From the NCBI GenBank assembly GCA_965223665.1, contig OZ245011.1, positions 1,056,001 through 1,120,000 of the forward strand: DNA of 64,000 bases, read 5' to 3'. A model generated the notes under the pieces. It was not told the DNA's origin and did not search any database. It saw only the letters and a program-made list of their open reading frames with translations. This document shows, piece by piece, positions 29,204 through 40,482 of the stretch (positions are counted from its first letter, which is position 1; each line of letters opens with the position of its first letter). The DNA comes from Nitrospinaceae bacterium. Lineage in GTDB: Bacteria; Nitrospinota; Nitrospinia; Nitrospinales; Nitrospinaceae. A program made the translations under genes and the position numbers.

Positions 29204-32203
29204 TTAAACCATACATACAGCAGCAACTTGGTTGTAATCACAAAACCCATTAAAAATTTTTAGGATTCCATCTTGTTTCAACGTCGTCATCCCTTCATCC
29301 ATAGCTAATTCTCGAATTTCTTCAACCAGAGATTTTTTCATAATTAGTCGTTTCATCTCAGGCGTCCCCTCCAATAGTTCATGCAATCCGAGACGCCCCG
29401 AATAACCCGTGTTCCCGCATTTAGAACATCCTACCGGTCTCATCAACTTCAAATCAGAGTTATATTCAATTCCAGTTTTAGCAAAATATTTTTCGCCATA
29501 CTGTTCCACTAAAAAGTCATATTCACTTTTTTCAGGATGGTACTCTTCTTTACACTTCGAGCAAAGGGTTCGCACCAAACGTTGGGCAAGAACTACTATT
29601 AAAGCGTCCGCGAAATTTATCGGATCCATTCCCATATCAATCAAACGAACAACAGTTTCCGGAGCAGAGTTCGTATGCAAAGTACTAAATACTAAATGAC
29701 CTGTAAGGGATGCTTCTAATCCGATTGAACAGGTCTCAACATCTCGCATTTCACCAACCATAATCACATCAGGGTCACATCGCAAAAAAGATCTCATCGC
29801 ACGAGCAAAATCCAAACCTATTTTCCCATGAACTTGTACCTGCCTTAAACCTGGTTGGGTAATTTCCACCGGATCTTCGGCAGTTAATATTTTCTTTTTA
29901 GGGGTGTTTATATATCCCAGTGCAGAATGCAGCGTTGTGGTTTTTCCTGATCCAGTAGGACCCACGACTAAAACCAAACCATAGGGTTTAACTATGCAAT
30001 CTTTTAATAATTTCTCATTTCTCTCGGTAAATCTCATTTGATCAAGGGATATTGGTTTGCTGGCAGCTAAGATACGCATTACAACATCTTCATTCCCTCC
30101 AACAGTAGGACAGGTGGCAACCCTTAGCTCAATAGTCTTTGAGCCGTACTTCATTTTAATTTTTCCATCCTGAGGAAGTCTTCTTTCTGCAATATCCAAT
30201 TTTGACATTATTTTCAATCTAGAAATAAAAGCTTGTTTATACACCGAAGGAATTTTCTCAACAACATCACACTCACCTTCTTTACGATATCTAACCAATA
30301 ATTCTGCCTTACCCACACCTGGTTCCACATGTATATCGGAAGCACCTAAATCATAAGCATCAGTGATAATTTTATTCACTAATCGAACAATGGAACTGTC
30401 TTTTTCAGTGATGGAACTTTCTTCTTCATCTTCATCTTCTACAACTCCAACATTATCATCTTCACTCATCAATGACTGCAAGAGAGAAGAAACATTTTCA
30501 TCATCAGTTGGTTCTGGCTCAATATTCTCTTCTATATTTTCACCGGAGGTTCCTAATAAGAAATCCAAAATATCAATTTTAAGTGCTACCCGAAACTGGA
30601 TCTCCTTTTTAGGAAAAATCATTTTAATACTTCGAATTTTATCCATATCGGAAGGGTCATCTACCAAAATCACTACAAAACGGTCTTCATTTTGTATTGG
30701 AACCCAATGGTTTTTAATTAAATGTTTCTTATTTAATCCCGAAAAAACTCTTTTAGGAAGGAGGGTATCAGAATTGTAACCAAAATATGGAATCCCATAA
30801 AAGTACTCAAGGGAACGACCCAAGTCCTCACGATTTAAATTATAGGAGTCAATTAAAATTCGTTCAACATCTACTCTTTCTCTTCTGGCTGTGGATATAG
30901 CTTTTTGTAATTCTTCCGGGGCAATCAAACCATTACTTACTAAAAAACTAAATTTTGTTGGCTTGTTTTTTAAAAATCTAGAATTATTAAAAAAAGCAAT
31001 TGCCAACATTTGCCCGATTGAAATAATATTTTTTTCATGATTATTATCAAATGGTTCAGTTGACTGCCTTCTGGATACTTGAAGAATTCCATAGAGCTTA
31101 TTCTCGTGAATCATTGGACAGCACAGCATAGCCTTTGTTTTTTCTTTTTCATTCTCATCAATCCCACCTTCAAATTTCAAATCTGGATGGAATTGACTTA
31201 GTTCTTCCTGAGAATATGCATCACTGACATTGATCATTCTCTTTTCTAATGCGGACCATCCTGGAATATTATCTGGAGAAATTGGACACCTAAATTCTTT
31301 CAACCCTTCGGGCGAATTAACTTTTGTGACAACCTCATTCTTGTTATTATCTATAGAATAAATAGCCACAAAATCGGCACTAAATAGTTCTTCCAATGGC
31401 TGCTGTGTAGAAAAGAGAATGTCTTCTAGGGTAGTGGCTTTTTGAATTATTAAGCTTAAATTCTGAATTTTTTCTTTCTTTTCTTCTAACTCCAGTTTTC
31501 CCAAAGAAGTACCAAGATGCATCGAAAACTCTTTAGCTAACTTTACAAATTGGTCTGAAAAGAGGGCTCCATCAATTTTATTAATAATTTCCAAAACCCC
31601 AATTGCGGAGTTTTCAAAATGAATGGGAACCACAAGAGCAGTTTTGGTCTTGAAACCTAGTCTAGAATCCCACTCGGGATCATGGGAAAGTCCGTGGTAG
31701 CGTTTTAAGTCTTCAGGATCATAAGCATCATTAATTACTAAAGAAATATCATTAAGGAAGGAGTATCCTGGTAAATTAGACTCCATCAATGGAAGTCTTT
31801 TCTCTTCAATTTCTTCGTTAATTAAATTTCTCGAGAACAATTCCTTTCTTTTATTATCAACTGAATAAATAACTAAACTTTCACAGTCAAAAAATTCTTT
31901 TAACTCATCCGACAAATTGAAAAAAGCTTCATTAATACTTTCAGAAGATACAATAGAAACAATTTGAGCTAAAATTGGTTTGATGCGGTCGGATATCCTT
32001 CTCCCACCACTTTTTTTCCTAATTTCATCCGATTTAGATTTACGATCATCTTGCCCTTCTGTACTATCCTCAAAATTAAATTCAATTTCTTTATCATTGC
32101 TTTCATCATTTATGGGGGATGAATGACCCAAACCCGGATTGAGATCTTCTGATTTACACTTATTTTTAGCGTTGTCAGATGATTTTTTTGAAATTAATGG
32201 CAT
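29204..32203 (-). CDS. GspE/PilB family assembly ATPase with two N-terminal GAF domains
   Basis: ASDIHVEP, LDIAERRLPQDG, GPTGSGKTTTL, DPDVIMVGEMRD, TGHLVFSTLHTN, CxxC..CxxC; start placed at ATG 32203 behind AAGGG. Confidence 0.92.
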   Translation of the reverse strand: MPLISKKSSDNAKNKCKSEDLNPGLGHSSPINDESNDKEIEFNFEDSTEGQDDRKSKSDEIRKKSGGRRISDRIKPILAQIVSIVSSESINEAFFNLSDELKEFFDCESLVIYSVDNKRKELFSRNLINEEIEEKRLPLMESNLPGYSFLNDISLVINDAYDPEDLKRYHGLSHDPEWDSRLGFKTKTALVVPIHFENSAIGVLEIINKIDGALFSDQFVKLAKEFSMHLGTSLGKLELEEKKEKIQNLSLIIQKATTLEDILFSTQQPLEELFSADFVAIYSIDNNKNEVVTKVNSPEGLKEFRCPISPDNIPGWSALEKRMINVSDAYSQEELSQFHPDLKFEGGIDENEKEKTKAMLCCPMIHENKLYGILQVSRRQSTEPFDNNHEKNIISIGQMLAIAFFNNSRFLKNKPTKFSFLVSNGLIAPEELQKAISTARRERVDVERILIDSYNLNREDLGRSLEYFYGIPYFGYNSDTLLPKRVFSGLNKKHLIKNHWVPIQNEDRFVVILVDDPSDMDKIRSIKMIFPKKEIQFRVALKIDILDFLLGTSGENIEENIEPEPTDDENVSSLLQSLMSEDDNVGVVEDEDEEESSITEKDSSIVRLVNKIITDAYDLGASDIHVEPGVGKAELLVRYRKEGECDVVEKIPSVYKQAFISRLKIMSKLDIAERRLPQDGKIKMKYGSKTIELRVATCPTVGGNEDVVMRILAASKPISLDQMRFTERNEKLLKDCIVKPYGLVLVVGPTGSGKTTTLHSALGYINTPKKKILTAEDPVEITQPGLRQVQVHGKIGLDFARAMRSFLRCDPDVIMVGEMRDVETCSIGLEASLTGHLVFSTLHTNSAPETVVRLIDMGMDPINFADALIVVLAQRLVRTLCSKCKEEYHPEKSEYDFLVEQYGEKYFAKTGIEYNSDLKLMRPVGCSKCGNTGYSGRLGLHELLEGTPEMKRLIMKKSLVEEIRELAMDEGMTTLKQDGILKIFNGFCDYNQVAAVCMV

Positions 32204-32656
32204 ATTTTCCCTTTTAACAACCTGCCCCAATAATAGGTTAAGGTCTTGATTCAAAAAACTCAACATCCCAATCAATATTGATTAATTCCAAAATCCAAAG
32301 CATTCCTTAATTAATTTTCTAACAATTCTTTTCAATTAAATTTACATTTACACTTTTAATTAAATATTTATGAACTTATTTTCCCCTTAAAACCTTTTTT
32401 CCTTCCTCCAATTCCCCTTGTAACAAGTTGCTTTTAAAGACCTTATCTTCTATACTAATTTCATCTAAACATAATCAAATATTTTGCTCGCAATTATTTT
32501 TTGGCCATAATAGGCTTTTTATTACCGGCTAATAGTAAAGGGAAATTCCTAATTAAAGATCTCATAGGTCTTTTCAAGAATTTCCATTTCGCAAAGATAT
32601 TTATTACACCAATATGCTTTATTGTTAAAAAACAGACATTAAAAAGGAAAATTTGA

Positions 32657-35600
32657 ATGAAAAACAATAAAGACCAGATGTATATCTCTTTAGGTCTCAT
32701 AATACTTATTACGTTTGTTTTATTAACCGTTTGGGAATTTTTTATTGAAGGCTGGCTATTAAATTCAGTATTTAATTACAACTTTTCCAAAACCACAATA
32801 GAGCATTGGAAAGTAATTGCAGTTGGATTAACTGCCGTGGGAATATCCCTTATTTTCCCCTTCAGAAAAATATTAACTAGTTTAAAAGAATTGGGCCAAA
32901 CTCAGGATACACTGAAAAAAGAACAAGATTTTACAAAAGCTATTTTTAGTGCGGACTCCTCCCTTTGTTTAATTGTAGATAATTTTAATAAAATCACTCA
33001 AACAAATGCTAAAACGCTAAAGGATTTGGGCTATACCGAAAGTGATTTAATTGGTAAAAATTGGATTAGAACTCTGATTCCAGAATCATCTCAAGAAACA
33101 ACTTTAAATAATTTCACTAAATTTTCGAATGACAAAACCAAGTTGCTTGATTACTTCCATTGCCCAATTTTAAAAAAAGATTCAGATGAAGTAACCGTGA
33201 AATTCCAAACCTCTACCATTTATGATCAATCTGGAAAAATAAGCTATTCTATTATCTCCGGTCAATTAGTGCCTTCAGAAACTGAAATTCCCCCAACTCC
33301 TATAAGCAATGATAATAACAATGCTAAAATCAAAAAATTAAATGAAGTTTTAAAGCAAAACAAGAAAAAATATCATAAAGAAGTTTTAAAAAATGCTCGA
33401 ACTAAGGCACGATTTAAATTTTGGTTTGAATTGGAAAAAACCCTTATTAGTTTTCCAACCCATTCAAATAAAAATAAAGATGAAATAAACAAAAGAATAA
33501 ATGCAACTTTAAAAACTTTTGGAACCCTAACACGGTCAAACCAAGGTTTTATATTTTTATTTTCAAAAGATAACGCAACCATGTCCAATTCTCACTTGTG
33601 GATTGAAGAGGATCCTGGGCTTTCGGCTAATCCTGAAGAAAAAATTGATCTAGATACATTCCCATGGTTTAAAACTAAATTATTAAACAATGAGATAATA
33701 CATATTCCTAGTCTAAACGATTTCCCTCCCAAGGCTAATGTGGAAAAGGAAGTTCTTAGTAGCCAGGGAATTAAATCATTGATTTCCATTCCTTTAACTC
33801 ACAAGGGAAGACCATTCGGTTATTTAGGATTTGAAAAAACCTCCGAAGAGAAACAATGGGATAATGAGGAAATCGCATTATTAAAAGTTATGTCAAGAGC
33901 CTTAAGTAAAATTCTTATTACTGAAAAGGAATTCAAAGATACTACACCTAAAATTCAAGAAACGTCATCATCCGAATTTAAATTAGTCAAAAAAGAGCTT
34001 GAAGCAGCGCTGGAAGAAAAATCCAAACTGGAAAGCGAATTAGAACTGGAGCGATCCAAGGTTCCACAAAGTGATCAAGAAAACTCTAAAGAACTGGAAA
34101 CATTAAAAAAAGAATTGCATGAGGTACAAGAAAAGAAAGCCAACCTAGAAAAGAAATTAAAAGATACAACAAATGTCGATGGTCGGTTTTCTGATATTCA
34201 ATTTAAATTAAAGACTTCAGAATCAGAACTTCAGAATTCAAAAAACACTATTCAAGAGCTAGAAAATAGCCTGGAAGAATCAAAACTTTCTGTTAAAAAT
34301 CTAACTGAACAAATCAACCATGAGAAATCAGAAAAAGCCAAACTAAATGCCAAATTGACCGATCATGAAAACTTAGTCAATCAAAAGGAGGAAGAATTCA
34401 GCTCTCTGAATGAAACTCAATCAGAGCTAGAGTTAGAAATAAATGAGCTAAGAAAAATAAAAAATTCTTTTGAAGAGTCCCAACGTATTATTGAAGAGCA
34501 AGGAAATCAATTAAAAGAATATAAAATTCAAAACAAAGAACTCCAAAGCTCCAAAGAATTGATTTCAAAAATAAAAAAGGAAAATGAAGAATTAAATAGC
34601 CAGATTCATAATCTGCAGAAACAATTAGGCGACAATAAAGAAAAAATAGATCAAATTATTTCCATAGAAAATGTAAATGAAAAGCTGAATTCGGAAATAA
34701 AAATCAAAGATCAAGCCATTCAGAATTTAAATACTGAAGTTAAAAATAAAAGTCAGATCATTAACAATTTAAACATTGAAAGGGAAAACTTCAGTAAACA
34801 TCAAATTTCTTTAGAGAGAATGGAGGAAGAAAAATTTAGTCTAGAAAATTCTCTAAAAGCCAAAGATGAGGAAGTTGCAAAAATCAAGGATGAGCTAGAT
34901 CAAGTCAGAAAAGAAAAAGAAATTTCTATCCAAAAAAATACCCAAATGGAAGAACAACTTCAGCAGGTTCAGGTCTTAAATGCAAACCTTCATTTAAAGA
35001 CTAACCAATTGAATGAAGCAAATGATTCTTTGAAACTGATTCAACAAGAAAATCAGAATCTAGCCTTCACTACGCAGCAACTAAAACAACAAATAGAAGA
35101 TAAAACACATATTATAGAAGAAAAGTCAGATTATATTGAGGGTCAAAAGAAAACAATTGAAGATAAAGATCGATCATTGAAATCAAAAGATCAAAATATA
35201 TCTCAACTCAAAAAAATCGCAGGTCAATTAGATCAAATTAACTTACCTGTTTTTACCTTAAATTCTATAGGCCAAGTGGTAACCTGGAACCAAGGCGCTG
35301 AAGCTTTAACTGGTTTAACTCCTGAACAGGCAATTGGAAATAACTTTTCTTCTATTCTAAAAGGAAATAGTACTATTCCAACTCCAGATGAATTAAAAGC
35401 TATTTTTGAAAAATGCCCTTCTTTTCATAATGAACTTACTTTTAAAAATTCACTAGGGCAAATGATTTTCGGAAATATTCGCTTAACCGCCATTAAAAAT
35501 TCAGCCGGTCAATTGGATCATATAATAGGTTATATTCATGAAATACCTTCCGAAGCTCAAAACAACCAAATCAAACAATTGAATGAACATTACTTCTCAA

Positions 35601-37843
35601 CATTATCAAAACTGGAATTATGTTATGTAACCCTTTCCGAAAACTATAAGATATTAGATTATAATCCTTACTCACAAACAACATACAATTGGGAAAAAGA
35701 GCATACCCTTCAAAAGGAATTTTTTGAAACTCTTTGCAACAGTTCATCCCTATCGGTTCCACCAGAGACTATAATCCATAGCCTCAAAAATCACTCCACG
35801 GCTGAATTTGAATGTGAATGGAACACGCATGGTTCACAAAAAAGATTTTTTAAGTGGACTCTAATTAAGGGAGTAAGTAGTGATCAATCTGCTACAAGAA
35901 TCTATGCCTTGGGCCAAGATATCACTTCTTTGAACAATAAAATAAAAGACTTAAAAGAAAAAGAATTAACCTTTCAGAGCATAGTCCAAAAAGCAGTGGA
36001 TGGATACATTACTATAGATGAAAATGGGATCATTCAATCTTTTAATGAAGCGGCAGAAACTATATTTGGTTTTTCTTCAAATGACTTAGTTGGGCAAAGT
36101 TTAAGCGCTTTAATGCCTGAACCCTATTCAAAAGAACATAAAAATTATATCAACAACTATCTGTCCACTGGGAAATCCAATTTAGTCAATGGACCCGCTA
36201 AGGAATTTGTGGCTAAACATAAAGATGGGTATTGTTTCCCAGTGGAAATTGCTGTACGAGAAATACATCAAGGGTACCGTCGTTTATTTGTGGGAGTGGT
36301 TCACGATATTAGAAAAAGGAAAGAACTTGAAATTTCTTTATCTGAAACAATGGAAAAGCTCAAATATATGATGGAGGCCGAGTCAGATGCCGTAATGATT
36401 ATGGACGCAACAAAGCAAACCATTTTGGAAGCCAATAATTCTGCATTCCAACTGTTCGGGTTTTCAAAAGAAAACCTGCTTGGTTTGACCATAAATGATA
36501 TTTCAACCGATACCCAAAATTCAGATCCAGCAGAAAATGGAAACACTGCAAACTTTGGTCAAATATTCAAGCAACCTTTAAATTATTATAAGAAAAAAGA
36601 CGGTACTGTATTCCCAGCTCAAACGTCTACTGTTACTTTTCCTGTTCGGGATCAAAAAATTTATTTGAAAATTATAAGGGATATTTCAAATCAAACTCAA
36701 ATGGAAGGCCAAATCCGAGAATCCAACGACCACCTTCAAGATATCTTAAACCACTCCAATGCAATTATTTACCAAAAAGATACTGAAGGAAAATACACTA
36801 TGGTCAATAGTCAATTTGAAGCGTTATTTAAGGTTTCAAATGAGAAGGTAATAGGAAAAACTGAAAATGAGGTCCTTCCCGAAACTTTAGCTAACAAAAT
36901 AAAACAAAATGATCAAAGGGTATTGGAAACTGGATCTGTGGTTCAGTCTGAAGAATCAATACTCCATAATGATGGTATGCATACGTATTCAACCATCCAT
37001 TTCCCAATTCGAAATTCTTCAGGAATTTTATATTCCACTTGTTCTATTTGGACAGATACTACTTTAAAAAACCAGTTAAAAGAAAAAGTGGAACGAGTTC
37101 AAAAAGACATGGAACAATTAATGGAAAAACAGGCTATAGAATTTAAAAACAGCCAATCAAAAATTATTCGCCAAGAAAAATTAGAAGCTGCAAATCAACT
37201 GGCAAACTCGCTTTCAAATCAAATAAATCAGCCTATCCAGGGAATTAAGACTTTGCTCCATCAGGTAATTGAATTGGTTCCAATGGAAGAAATTCATCAG
37301 GGTCTAATTCGCTTGTCAATAAATGAATGTAACAGGATATCTGAGCTAGTAGAAAAAATAAAAGGTTTCCAAAATCTCCCTCAAGATGAAATCAAATCTC
37401 TCAACCTCCATCAAATTTTGGAAAAGTCCATAGAGGAAAAAAATTCGGAAATTAAAAATCAATCAATTGAATTAGAGAAAAAACTTGTTAAAGATTCTCC
37501 TCATGTTCAGGGAGCTTCTTATCAATTGCAACAAGTAATAAGCCACGTATTACAAAATGCCCTTGAAGCAATTTCCAACACAAATGGAAAAATTTTAATT
37601 GCCACAGAGCGTGAGGATTCAAAAATAAAAATTTATATCCAAGACAATGGTTGTGGGATACCTCCTGAAATCAAAAATTCAATTTTTGACCCATTTTTCA
37701 CCACTAAAGGAGCTTTGAAGCAACAAGGATTAGGGTTAACTTTATCTTCAAGAATATTGAAGAGTCATCGAGGAGAAATTGACATAAAAAGCCAGCCCGG
37801 TAAAGGAACAACTGTTACCATTATTTTACCAAGCGTCAATTAA
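32657..37843 (+). CDS. Large membrane-anchored PAS/GAF/coiled-coil histidine-kinase-like protein without phospho-His
   Basis: Two TMs, PAS, GAF, ~400-aa coiled coil, several PAS domains, HATPase (DNGCG, FDPFFTTK, GLGL); H-box reads LSNQINQP. Confidence 0.88.
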   Translation: MKNNKDQMYISLGLIILITFVLLTVWEFFIEGWLLNSVFNYNFSKTTIEHWKVIAVGLTAVGISLIFPFRKILTSLKELGQTQDTLKKEQDFTKAIFSADSSLCLIVDNFNKITQTNAKTLKDLGYTESDLIGKNWIRTLIPESSQETTLNNFTKFSNDKTKLLDYFHCPILKKDSDEVTVKFQTSTIYDQSGKISYSIISGQLVPSETEIPPTPISNDNNNAKIKKLNEVLKQNKKKYHKEVLKNARTKARFKFWFELEKTLISFPTHSNKNKDEINKRINATLKTFGTLTRSNQGFIFLFSKDNATMSNSHLWIEEDPGLSANPEEKIDLDTFPWFKTKLLNNEIIHIPSLNDFPPKANVEKEVLSSQGIKSLISIPLTHKGRPFGYLGFEKTSEEKQWDNEEIALLKVMSRALSKILITEKEFKDTTPKIQETSSSEFKLVKKELEAALEEKSKLESELELERSKVPQSDQENSKELETLKKELHEVQEKKANLEKKLKDTTNVDGRFSDIQFKLKTSESELQNSKNTIQELENSLEESKLSVKNLTEQINHEKSEKAKLNAKLTDHENLVNQKEEEFSSLNETQSELELEINELRKIKNSFEESQRIIEEQGNQLKEYKIQNKELQSSKELISKIKKENEELNSQIHNLQKQLGDNKEKIDQIISIENVNEKLNSEIKIKDQAIQNLNTEVKNKSQIINNLNIERENFSKHQISLERMEEEKFSLENSLKAKDEEVAKIKDELDQVRKEKEISIQKNTQMEEQLQQVQVLNANLHLKTNQLNEANDSLKLIQQENQNLAFTTQQLKQQIEDKTHIIEEKSDYIEGQKKTIEDKDRSLKSKDQNISQLKKIAGQLDQINLPVFTLNSIGQVVTWNQGAEALTGLTPEQAIGNNFSSILKGNSTIPTPDELKAIFEKCPSFHNELTFKNSLGQMIFGNIRLTAIKNSAGQLDHIIGYIHEIPSEAQNNQIKQLNEHYFSTLSKLELCYVTLSENYKILDYNPYSQTTYNWEKEHTLQKEFFETLCNSSSLSVPPETIIHSLKNHSTAEFECEWNTHGSQKRFFKWTLIKGVSSDQSATRIYALGQDITSLNNKIKDLKEKELTFQSIVQKAVDGYITIDENGIIQSFNEAAETIFGFSSNDLVGQSLSALMPEPYSKEHKNYINNYLSTGKSNLVNGPAKEFVAKHKDGYCFPVEIAVREIHQGYRRLFVGVVHDIRKRKELEISLSETMEKLKYMMEAESDAVMIMDATKQTILEANNSAFQLFGFSKENLLGLTINDISTDTQNSDPAENGNTANFGQIFKQPLNYYKKKDGTVFPAQTSTVTFPVRDQKIYLKIIRDISNQTQMEGQIRESNDHLQDILNHSNAIIYQKDTEGKYTMVNSQFEALFKVSNEKVIGKTENEVLPETLANKIKQNDQRVLETGSVVQSEESILHNDGMHTYSTIHFPIRNSSGILYSTCSIWTDTTLKNQLKEKVERVQKDMEQLMEKQAIEFKNSQSKIIRQEKLEAANQLANSLSNQINQPIQGIKTLLHQVIELVPMEEIHQGLIRLSINECNRISELVEKIKGFQNLPQDEIKSLNLHQILEKSIEEKNSEIKNQSIELEKKLVKDSPHVQGASYQLQQVISHVLQNALEAISNTNGKILIATEREDSKIKIYIQDNGCGIPPEIKNSIFDPFFTTKGALKQQGLGLTLSSRILKSHRGEIDIKSQPGKGTTVTIILPSVN

Positions 37844-38625
37844 GACTAATATTACCTACGTGAACTGATGAAGCGGGACAATATTGGGAATTTCATATTA
37901 CCGTCGACTCGATTTATACTTTTAGTATCAAGAAATTATTTTTTGTTGGGCTAATATTTTGCAAGATTAAACTAATCCCAACCTGGATTCCCTATCAGCT
38001 TATTCTCTTTCAATTATAGATAAAATTACTTTCCTTATGTAAATTTCTATATTTTTGAATGGCCTTTAATATTGGTTTTGAAACACAAGGTTTCTTATTA
38101 ATACTCAATCCATCTCGTATACTTAAAGACTGATCTAAGTCTAAAGGATTAGCTAGAATCTTCATGCTTAAATAAATATTTTCGGTTTTAATGAATTCTG
38201 ACACAGTTACCTCAAATTAAATAGTAATGATAAGCATTATCAATATTATCAATTTTTCACTAAAAGTAAAATAATCCACTTAAATTTAAATATTTTCTAC
38301 CCCAAAAGTTGGGCCCACCTATTTTCACTATAACCCCTTAAATTACAATAAGTTATATAAAAACCTCTTAAAGTTTTTGTTTCCCAAAGACATATAAATA
38401 TTTGAGGCGGCTTTACATTATATCTCACTGATCTTATTTACTTTTGAGGAAATATTAAGAAATTTTAATATTACATTAACCCATTTTTAATTCTAATTTC
38501 TTATTATCTTCTTAGACAATGGGTCAACCAGAAGAGGCCTGCTCCAAAATAAATAATTACCAGGACAACAACTCTCAGTTTAAGGAACCCATCCAAATTA
38601 CAAAATGCAATTCAGGGAGGATGAC

Positions 38626-38826
38626 ATGTTCTATCCAGTAAAAATATTTAACCGAAAAGGAAAATTCAGAAAAGAAGTTTCATCTAAGTTGCTAAGCCGA
38701 CAATACTGGGATAAGTTTTATAATTCCGCAAATAAAAATATTCAAATCTCTAATAAAAATGGCAAAAATTTAAAAGCCCAATTTCCAGAATTAGAATATG
38801 ATGATTCCTTTTATTCGGAGGATTAA
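38626..38826 (+). CDS. Small basic hypothetical protein
   Basis: AGGGAGG RBS before ATG 38626; MFYPVKIFNRKGKFRKEVSSKLLSRQYW; followed by a terminator. Confidence 0.7.
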   Translation: MFYPVKIFNRKGKFRKEVSSKLLSRQYWDKFYNSANKNIQISNKNGKNLKAQFPELEYDDSFYSED

Positions 38827-38890
38827 ATCTTAAACTTTGAGTTGTCCCTCAATTAATTTGAAAAAATTTTCCTGCCAAGGACTTTTTCAT

Positions 38891-38922
38891 AACCCTCTTC
38901 CATTTATTGGAAGAGGGTTTTT
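38891..38922 (+). terminator. Intrinsic terminator
   Basis: AACCCTCTTCCA / TGGAAGAGGGTT stem followed by T run. Confidence 0.8.
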
Positions 38923-39149
38923 ATTTAAATTCCCTCAAAAAACTTATCTTTAATTTTCTGAGAAAAAGCAGGAAAACTATTAGCCAGATATTATTTCGAC
39001 AGGTCCCATTTTACTGCCAGAAAAACAAACTTAGAAGTTTCTAAGAACTATAAAATTGGTGGGAGTTTATTAATTGAATTGGCTGGAGGTTTTATTTTTA
39101 ATCGTTATGGCAATTCTTAGCCAATTATCTTGAGCAATAAACAAAGCAA

Positions 39150-39551
39150 CTAATTCTGCAATTTTATTCCAAGCAATACTTCAATTTCTTTTTTTAGGTC
39201 CTTACCCTCAAACGGCTTAACCAAATAATGCTTGATACCATTACTCAAAGCCTGGATCATTTTTTCTCTTTGAGCTTCTCCTGTAATCATTAAAACAGGA
39301 ATACTTTTCAAATTTTCATCATTCTTTAACGTTTTAAAAAAATCTAATCCGTCCATACCTGGCATATGCCAATCCGTAATGATCAGGTCAAATCTGCTTG
39401 CATGCAAGGTCTTCAACGCATCATCGCCGTTTTCAGAATCAGTAATGTCATTAAAACCCATTTGGTTTAAATGATAACGAATGATCCGCAACAGCTTTTC
39501 ATCATCTTCTACAACAAGAATTTTCTTCTTTTCAAAACCTTCATTATTCAT
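39150..39551 (-). CDS. CheY-like single-domain response regulator
   Basis: ILVVEDD, IITDWHMPGMDG, VLMITG, YLVKPF. Confidence 0.92.
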   Translation of the reverse strand: MNNEGFEKKKILVVEDDEKLLRIIRYHLNQMGFNDITDSENGDDALKTLHASRFDLIITDWHMPGMDGLDFFKTLKNDENLKSIPVLMITGEAQREKMIQALSNGIKHYLVKPFEGKDLKKEIEVLLGIKLQN

Positions 39552-39595
39552 AGCTAATATAATAAGTGTAAGGCAAATGTTAAAATTTTTCTAAT

Positions 39596-40378
39596 CTATT
39601 GATGAGGAACTGATCGGGCTATTCGAAAACCCAAGATATAGTGCCGTTTATCTATCTTATCTCTATATCGAGATGCAGAGCGAACGTAGCTTACCAGGTT
39701 GGCCATTGAGCCACCTCGACGGGTTTTAAATTTACTCTTTTTTGGACCTAAGGGATAATTTCGAGGACTCTTCTTATAATAGTGGAAATCATACCAGTCA
39801 CTTACCCATTCCCAAACATTACCTACCATGTCATAAAGACCCCATGCATTGGGTAATTTGGTCCCCACTGGATGCATTGTAAAGTTGGAGGACCCGTAAT
39901 ACCAAACATAGTCATTATTTATTTCATCTCCCCAATAATATCTTGTTTTCGTCCCCGCTCTTGCAGCATATTCCCATTCAGCTTCTGTCGGTAGACGATA
40001 AAGATCAGTCGATTCCAATTTATTTAGATTTTCAATATACTCTACAGCATCCAACCATGAAATTCGATTAACAGGGTTCTTCTCTCCAACAAACTTGGAA
40101 GGATTTTCAGACATTAATTTCAACCATTGCGCTTGCGTCACCTCAAATTTTCCTAAATAAAAATCATGAACACAAACTTCATGCTCCGGTTTTTCATATT
40201 CATAACCCTGATTGTCTCCCATAATATAACAACCACCTGGAATTTTTATAAATTCAATCCCGGTTGAGGGAGATTTCCATTCTGCAAATTTAGATTCCTT
40301 TCCCACAGAATAAGAAAGTCCAAAATGCCAAACTCCAAAGCCAACTATAGAAAAGATTAAATATTTAATTACTTTCAT
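39596..40378 (-). CDS. FGE-sulfatase domain protein
   Basis: YRLPTEAEWEYAARAG, PNAWGLYDMVGNVWEW, RGGS, LGFRIA. Confidence 0.92.
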   Translation of the reverse strand: MKVIKYLIFSIVGFGVWHFGLSYSVGKESKFAEWKSPSTGIEFIKIPGGCYIMGDNQGYEYEKPEHEVCVHDFYLGKFEVTQAQWLKLMSENPSKFVGEKNPVNRISWLDAVEYIENLNKLESTDLYRLPTEAEWEYAARAGTKTRYYWGDEINNDYVWYYGSSNFTMHPVGTKLPNAWGLYDMVGNVWEWVSDWYDFHYYKKSPRNYPLGPKKSKFKTRRGGSMANLVSYVRSASRYRDKIDKRHYILGFRIARSVPHQ

Positions 40379-40482
40379 GTTCCACTAGTAGTATGAAAAA
40401 TAAAACTTTGATACTATTTCAATTAATTTTTTTTAATCATTCTTTTTATTTTGAATAATTTTTTCAAACCTGATTTTATTAC

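Noticed and set aside
38010-38204. 64-aa minus-strand ORF
   Set aside because: No recognisable motif; too little support to call
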